This document shows positions 58,797 to 64,000 of a DNA stretch of 64,000 nucleotides, in pieces. The stretch comes from Spirochaetia bacterium (GTDB lineage: Bacteria > Spirochaetota > Spirochaetia > CADAEX01), in contig OY759746.1 in assembly GCA_963662795.1 (NCBI GenBank), forward strand, positions 928,001 through 992,000, written 5' to 3'. The notes under the pieces were generated by a model. The model did not search any database and had not been told where the DNA came from. It was given only the letters and a program-made list of their open reading frames with translations. Numbering within the stretch: position 1 is the first letter of the stretch; every line of letters starts with the position of its first letter. The position numbers and the translations under genes were made by a program.

Positions 58797-59448
58797 CTGC
58801 CTTCTCCTTCTCTTTCTCTTTCTCTTTCTCTTTTTCCGCAGCCGCAGCCGTTGCCGGTGTCCCGGCCGGAACCGGCGCCGTAATTCCGTAAAAAAAGAAA
58901 TTGGTAAGTTCCATTGCAAGCTCATTCGGAGTACTGTACATCCTGAGCAGTTCCTCGTCCCTGGTCATTTCCGTTAAATGATTCAGGAAATAGATGATAA
59001 ATTCAGGCTTCAGGTCGCGCCTTATCTCTCCGTTCTCTCTTGCCGCCCTGAAGCTTTCAAGCACTTCTTTCGTGGATTTTTCCCTGAGCTCTGCAAGCTG
59101 TAAAGCTATCTCCGGGTTGGGATTTAAAACCAGATCGGTGAAAAATTCCTTTCCCATCATCTCTGTCTGTTCGTTTTTGAGGACAAGTATAAGCTTAACC
59201 TTCTCTGTGAAGGGAACGGGCTTTTCCATGATTTTTCGGTATTTTTCCATCTGAACGGAAACAAGATTATCAATAAGATTCTTAACCAGGTGAGTTTTAT
59301 TTTTAAAGTATTTATAAAAAGTCATTTTGCTCACACCGGCTTTTGAGCATATTTCCTCTACTGTTACCCGGCTTATACCGAATTTCATGAATAGTTCATA
59401 AGCTGTATCTTTCAGAGCTCTGTATTTTTTATTTTTTCTTTTTTCCAT
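58789..59448 (-). CDS. TetR/AcrR family transcriptional regulator
   Basis: AYELFMKFGISRVTVEEICSKAGVSKMTFYKYFKNK HTH; low-complexity C-terminal tail. Confidence 0.93.
   Translation of the reverse strand: MEKRKNKKYRALKDTAYELFMKFGISRVTVEEICSKAGVSKMTFYKYFKNKTHLVKNLIDNLVSVQMEKYRKIMEKPVPFTEKVKLILVLKNEQTEMMGKEFFTDLVLNPNPEIALQLAELREKSTKEVLESFRAARENGEIRRDLKPEFIIYFLNHLTEMTRDEELLRMYSTPNELAMELTNFFFYGITAPVPAGTPATAAAAEKEKEKEKEKEKAVV
58801..58836. repeat. hexanucleotide tandem repeat (6 imperfect units) encoding (EK)6
   Basis: CTTCTC CTTCTC TTTCTC TTTCTC TTTCTC TTTTTC on the + strand. Confidence 0.85.
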
Positions 59449-59626
59449 TTTACCCCGTTCATCGGTACCTGTGACATAATACTTACGCAATATTTAAAAG
59501 TATACGTTTTACATATTATTATATATTCATCGTAAAGTTGTCAAGAAAAAATATCCCCTGAAGCAGATATTTTTAAGATGGAGCTGATTGAGCGGATAAT
59601 GTGAATTTAAAAAAGGGGAACTGGAT

Positions 59627-61666
59627 CTATTTTACAAAAAGCGATGTCCTGATTTTTCTTATAAGGCTTACCTTGCTGATGCTGATGCTGACTTCACTGT
59701 CATCCTGGAGCAGAATCCCTTTAAGATAATAGTTATTTCCATCTTTCTCAAGCTTTTCGGGTTTTATAAGCTTCTTGACAAGCTCGCCTTCGGGACCGGT
59801 TTCAATTATTTCGGCAAGAAAACCCTTGCTTCCTGCAACCTGTTCGGCAATTCTTACCTTACCGTTATAGTCAAGTCCTTTTGCCTCGGTCTTTTCGTAC
59901 CTTGCGATGCCTTTAGAGATTTGCTCGGGAAAAAGAATCAGTTTTCTTTCAATCCGCTCTGATATTACCTCTTTCTGATCAGAATTTAATTTTGAATCCT
60001 CAATTTTTTTTCGTATCTCATCCGAATCAGGATCTACAGATTCAGGGACAGGGTAAAACGGCTTGTTATAATCAAGCTCAAGAGCGGTTATGTTCTGAAG
60101 AGCCTGCACATCATCCGTCAGGGGCTCGGGTTGGTATGTTTTTTTCTCATCAGTTTCTACATAACCCGGGACAAGTGAATCAGGCGACGGGAGGTTGTCG
60201 ATTCCCGATTTTCTGAATGCCTCAAAAAGGGCAGGAATGTTTTTCTGGTTTACAAGGTATACACCGTCAGCAAGTTTTCTGCACAGATTCGAACTGAAGT
60301 GGCCGGAATTATCAATAATGTTTCTCTTTTTCTCATCAGCAACAAGAACAACCCCATTGTAAAAGGTAAGACTGTTATATTCCTTTTCCCAGTTTTCCAT
60401 TGAAAACATTATATTCTGGGGAACCGAAAACCCCCCAAGCCGGTTAAACAGTGAAGCGACTGCTGCGCTGTCATAGCCTGATTCAAGAGCACGAAGGAAA
60501 CTCTCCCGGGAAAAAAAGAAATAAACCATTTCGGAATATCTTTTTATGTCAGCTGAGAGTGCAAGCAGCAATCCGTCCTCAAAAGAGATATTTTTTGAGG
60601 CATGGATATCAAAGTTCGGCTGAATTACAAAGTTGTTTCTTCCTGAAGTTTCACTTCCGGCTTCCGGCAGAAAAGCTGTAACTGAGGGATTCGGAAAGTA
60701 AATGTCGCCTTCATTTTCAAGAAAACCGAGTCCGCACATTATCGTAATAATATGTTCGATTTTTTCAGGCAGCGGGTGGGAGTTTTTTATAAAGAGCAGC
60801 TCAATAATTTTTATCAGCGATTTTTTGTTAAATCCCTTTCCCGTACTGCGGAGCGTTTTAAGCAGCCCTTCAATAAAAGTGGTATATAATCTGTAATCTT
60901 TTGAAAAAGCGGCTCCGATGCAAAGTTTTTTTCTTTCTTCAGGAGAAAGTTCAGAGAGCTCCTTCCATCTGTCAGGGACAGGCTGAAAATAATCCCCAAC
61001 CTGTTTTACAAGCCCAAGGCGCCTGAAAATCATTCTGATGATATCTACCCGGATCTCGGGATTTACAGCGAGCTGGTCCGGGAATATAGTCTTAAGCTCC
61101 TCAGTTACCTTTTTCCTGAAATTGCCGTCAAGTTTAAGGATCTGCCCCTGTCTGAGCAAATAAGAGAAAACAGAAAAAAGGAGAGGGTCGTTGAGCCACA
61201 GGGCATCTTCTGCCGACACTTCACGGGGCACAGCTGATGATGGAATAATTATTTCAGGATTGATGATCCTTTCATCAAGTATATCGTCGAGAATCGGCGA
61301 TATAATCAGCAAAGGATAATCCCCGTTGCTCTCATCAGTGCAGATAAGCATTCTCTCTTCAAGGTTCTGCAGATGAAGGCAGAAGTCATAATAATTCTTT
61401 TTATCCGCAAAAAACTGGTAGAGGTTCTTGATTTTAACCGGCCCTAAAATACTTAATGCGGTAAGTACTGCAGCGTCATTTTTATCAATAAGCGAAATAA
61501 TTTTTTCAATATTTTTTTCTTTGCTGAAAAATACTGCCAGTTCATCTATAAGTGTATGCTTGTTAAAAGGAGTTTTTACATCACCGAGATAATTTCTCAT
61601 CAGATCAAAAAAGATCTGTTCATGCAGTGATATTACAATCTTTTTCCATTTTTCAATATCTGCCAT
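59627..61666 (-). CDS. Helicase_C_3 (XPB-associated) domain protein
   Basis: VIQPNFDI...FSRESFLRALESG.....F...L....VPQNI.FSM.NW pattern; no Walker A or DExH motifs seen. Confidence 0.7.
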   Translation of the reverse strand: MADIEKWKKIVISLHEQIFFDLMRNYLGDVKTPFNKHTLIDELAVFFSKEKNIEKIISLIDKNDAAVLTALSILGPVKIKNLYQFFADKKNYYDFCLHLQNLEERMLICTDESNGDYPLLIISPILDDILDERIINPEIIIPSSAVPREVSAEDALWLNDPLLFSVFSYLLRQGQILKLDGNFRKKVTEELKTIFPDQLAVNPEIRVDIIRMIFRRLGLVKQVGDYFQPVPDRWKELSELSPEERKKLCIGAAFSKDYRLYTTFIEGLLKTLRSTGKGFNKKSLIKIIELLFIKNSHPLPEKIEHIITIMCGLGFLENEGDIYFPNPSVTAFLPEAGSETSGRNNFVIQPNFDIHASKNISFEDGLLLALSADIKRYSEMVYFFFSRESFLRALESGYDSAAVASLFNRLGGFSVPQNIMFSMENWEKEYNSLTFYNGVVLVADEKKRNIIDNSGHFSSNLCRKLADGVYLVNQKNIPALFEAFRKSGIDNLPSPDSLVPGYVETDEKKTYQPEPLTDDVQALQNITALELDYNKPFYPVPESVDPDSDEIRKKIEDSKLNSDQKEVISERIERKLILFPEQISKGIARYEKTEAKGLDYNGKVRIAEQVAGSKGFLAEIIETGPEGELVKKLIKPEKLEKDGNNYYLKGILLQDDSEVSISISKVSLIRKIRTSLFVK

Positions 61667-62487
61667 TATTCCTTATCCCAGATTTCAAATCTTGATTTTA
61701 TGAAATCAATTGTTTTTTCGTGTTCTTTTTTCCCGGTGCCGTCAATGGCAATAGCCTCTCCGAAATCAACATACACTGTCCGTTCCGGGTATATGTACCC
61801 CATTGTGCTGAAGGTTTTTCCGTTTTCCCATAAGTCTGTTTTAAGCGCGGCCGGGATGACCGGAACCCCGGCTTTTTTGGCAAGCTTGATTCCAAGTGAA
61901 TTAAATTTTTCCGAATCAAAGACAGATCTTCTTGATGCCTGGGGAAAGATAATGACAGACCGCCCGCCGGCAATAAGCTCCGCCCCTTTGGCAAGCACTC
62001 TTTCAAGATCTTTCCTGGGTTCTTTCCTCTCAACATCTATCGGATCAAGAGATTTCATTACAGGGCCGAATATGGCATTTGTAATCAGGCTTCTCTTTAC
62101 AACAAATGTCGCATCCCTGATTATTCCGATTACACAGGGGAAAATTGCTGTTTCAAGTGTGCTCATGTGATTGGCGACAATAACGGCAGGCCCTTTGCAG
62201 GCCCTTAAGTTATCAAGGCCGGTTATCACAAACTTCCCTCCGGCTTTTTCAATACTTCTCATGACAGTAAAACCGCTTTTTATGAGTTCCCGTGGAGTGT
62301 AGACCTCTTTCAGCACTTTCCTGCGGGCCGAGAGAATGACGTTAATAAACCTGCCGTAAAAAGCCGCTGCTCTGATAAACGAAAGCCTGCCATTACCTGA
62401 GCTTTTTTCCCCCTGCCCCTGAGCAGTGATATAACTGTTTCCTGAAAAGAGTTTTTCTATATATGAGAAATCACTGTCTTGTTTCAT
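61666..62487 (-). CDS. plsC: 1-acyl-sn-glycerol-3-phosphate acyltransferase family protein
   Basis: VANHMSTLE (HX4D/E), FVVKRSL, IFPQ..R and AGVPVIP motifs. Confidence 0.85.
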   Translation of the reverse strand: MKQDSDFSYIEKLFSGNSYITAQGQGEKSSGNGRLSFIRAAAFYGRFINVILSARRKVLKEVYTPRELIKSGFTVMRSIEKAGGKFVITGLDNLRACKGPAVIVANHMSTLETAIFPCVIGIIRDATFVVKRSLITNAIFGPVMKSLDPIDVERKEPRKDLERVLAKGAELIAGGRSVIIFPQASRRSVFDSEKFNSLGIKLAKKAGVPVIPAALKTDLWENGKTFSTMGYIYPERTVYVDFGEAIAIDGTGKKEHEKTIDFIKSRFEIWDKE

Positions 62488-62665
62488 GGTAAATGACAGT
62501 ATATAAAAAAAAACTGTATTATTCCACCCCCGGCAATTCAATAAGATTATTTAACAGCAGCAGACTTTTCATTAATACGGATGGCGTGTTACTATCAATC
62601 CATTCATTCCTCAATGAATAAAGATCTGAATACTGGAACCAAAAGAAAATAATATTGGAGGATCA

Positions 62666-63247
62666 GTGTTGAATCTGTTTTACATCTTCGGTCTGGCTCT
62701 CGCATTGTCAATGGACGCTCTGGCAGTCTCTGTGGTTAACGGTTTTATCATAAAACAGCTTAAATTCAGGTATGCATTCAGGATCGCGTTTTCTTTCGGA
62801 CTCTTTCAGGGTCTTATGCCGTACCTGGGATGGAGTGCGGGACTTTATTTCAGGAGCTACATCGAGCATATTGACCACTGGATCGCGTTTTTTCTTCTTT
62901 CGGCAATCGGCGGTAAGATGATTTACGAGGCCAGATGTGTAAAAGGTGAAGTCTGCGAGATAGGCTCAGACAAAAAAAACTGCCTTCACATGGGAACACT
63001 TCTGACACTTTCAATAGCTACAAGTATCGATGCCCTTGCCGTAGGTTTGAGTTTTTCAATCCTGAACATAAATATTGCCCTTCCGGTTTTGATAATAGGC
63101 GCAGTAACTTTTACAGTGTGTCTTGCCGGGGTCTATATAGGGGACAGGATAGGACATATTTTTGAGGACAAGCTTGAGATAGCCGGCGGTATTATACTTA
63201 TCCTGATCGGAATTAAAATACTGCTTTCGCATTTATTTTCATTATAG
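62666..63247 (+). CDS. mntP: manganese efflux pump MntP family
   Basis: ALSMDALAVS, FGLFQGLMP, DHWIAF and ATSIDALAVG motifs; GTG start with GGAGG RBS. Confidence 0.93.
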   Translation: MLNLFYIFGLALALSMDALAVSVVNGFIIKQLKFRYAFRIAFSFGLFQGLMPYLGWSAGLYFRSYIEHIDHWIAFFLLSAIGGKMIYEARCVKGEVCEIGSDKKNCLHMGTLLTLSIATSIDALAVGLSFSILNINIALPVLIIGAVTFTVCLAGVYIGDRIGHIFEDKLEIAGGIILILIGIKILLSHLFSL

Positions 63248-64000
63248 AAATATTATAAGCACTATCCCGAGTGCAATCCTGTAGAAGGCAAAAGGGGCCA
63301 GCCCTTTTTTCTTTAGGTACTCCATGAAAAATCTGATTACCAAAAGAGCGGTCACAAACGATACAGCTGTCCCTGCGGAAAGAGCGCTCCACTGCCCGGG
63401 CGTTATGGCGGAAAACCCTGTTTTACAGAGTTTGTAAAGCGACGCTGCCATAATTGTCGGTATGCCGAGGAGGAATGAAAATTCTGCGGCCATGCTTCTT
63501 GAGAGTCCCGTGAAAAGGCCCCCTGCTATGGTTGAAGCGGATCTTGACATCCCGGGCCACATGGCAAGGCATTGAAACAGTCCTATTACAATTGCCTGTT
63601 TTACAGTGATGGCAGAAACATTTTCCGTAAGCTTATTTCCGCGGAACTTTTCCGCATAAAGCATCATAAATGCCCCTGCTATAAGCGCCGCAGATACGCT
63701 TCCGGTGTTGAAAAGATATCTTTCAAGAATGTCATCCGCACAAAAACCGATAACAGCGGCAGGAATGAATGCAATAATTATTTTTATCCAGAGAAGACAG
63801 ACCCCTGAATCCCGACTCCTGTAATCCGCACTTTTTTTCCCGGCAGATCCATTTTCAGCCTTTTTAAAAACAGAAATAAAACCTGGCGGAAAAAGTTCAG
63901 CCCGGAAGTAAAAAACAACCGCGAGGATCGCGCCGATCTGGATTACAATGTCAAATAAAGCTTCAAATCCCTTATCAAGTGTTATAAAGCGGTTTGCGAT
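63242..64000 (-). CDS. uppP: undecaprenyl-diphosphate phosphatase (5' end outside window)
   Basis: Open frame from the window end: FDIVIQIGAILAV...IAFIPAAVIG...GLFQCLAMWPGMSRSASTI...AAEFSFLLGIP...FAFYRI. Confidence 0.95.
   Translation of the reverse strand: MANRFITLDKGFEALFDIVIQIGAILAVVFYFRAELFPPGFISVFKKAENGSAGKKSADYRSRDSGVCLLWIKIIIAFIPAAVIGFCADDILERYLFNTGSVSAALIAGAFMMLYAEKFRGNKLTENVSAITVKQAIVIGLFQCLAMWPGMSRSASTIAGGLFTGLSRSMAAEFSFLLGIPTIMAASLYKLCKTGFSAITPGQWSALSAGTAVSFVTALLVIRFFMEYLKKKGLAPFAFYRIALGIVLIIFL

Noticed and set aside
58797-58925. Arg/Lys-rich N-terminal extension (RKKRKRKRKRRRR) of ORF 57651..58925
   Set aside because: It is the alternative frame of the TetR tail repeat; a TTG with RBS at 58796 gives a normal signal peptide
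59495-59544. TetR promoter/operator (TTGACA...TATAAT; TAAAA-GTATACG-TTTTA)
   Set aside because: Spacer of 15 nt and a weak palindrome in AT-rich DNA; plausible but not well supported
63780-63900. Possible frameshift or stop in uppP (ORF track starts only at 63667)
   Set aside because: Manual translation is open from 64000 to 63242; the track lacks the start because it lies outside the window
1-64000. Numerous 60-200 aa antisense or alternative-frame ORFs; tRNA, rRNA, CRISPR, IS or prophage elements
   Set aside because: The shadow ORFs lie inside well-supported genes and lack motifs; no repeat-spacer array, structural RNA, transposase or integrase was recognised

Overview
Gene-dense bacterial chromosomal segment, probably from an anaerobic spirochaete. 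This is inferred from the spirochaete-style 'SAGGKKE' solute-binding-protein leader, the MCP, the TPR/MltD/SH3 cluster and anaerobic enzymes such as IOR and a flavodiiron protein. No rRNA, tRNA, CRISPR array, transposase or integrase was recognised. From left to right the window holds: the 3' end of proC; a 7-gene catabolic operon (cyclic amidohydrolase, divergent dihydroorotate-dehydrogenase-like flavoprotein, TctCBA transporter, class II aldolase-fold enzyme, FCD regulator) behind a perfect 18-bp operator palindrome; AEC/DUF1847/MATE; MFS-TPR-MASE3(CxxC); mntH-usp; an amino-acid fermentation region (NSS transporter, Lrp, IorA/B split by fprA-ferredoxin, split ADP-forming acyl-CoA synthetase) in which two promoters share a 38-bp motif; VOC, pyc, ABC-F; a cell-envelope cluster; icd; a two-component system opposite a TolC-MFP-RND-PII-like operon; an MCP; two convergent envelope-transport operons that share a LolA-like protein and a beta-barrel but use different engines (MMPL versus ABC), separated by a decayed toxin-antitoxin pair; Helicase_C_3, plsC, mntP and uppP. 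The best candidates for undescribed biology are the N-heterocycle catabolic operon, the twin LolA-like transport systems and the MASE3 sensor with a small Cys/His output domain. All functional calls come from motif recognition by eye, not from database searches.
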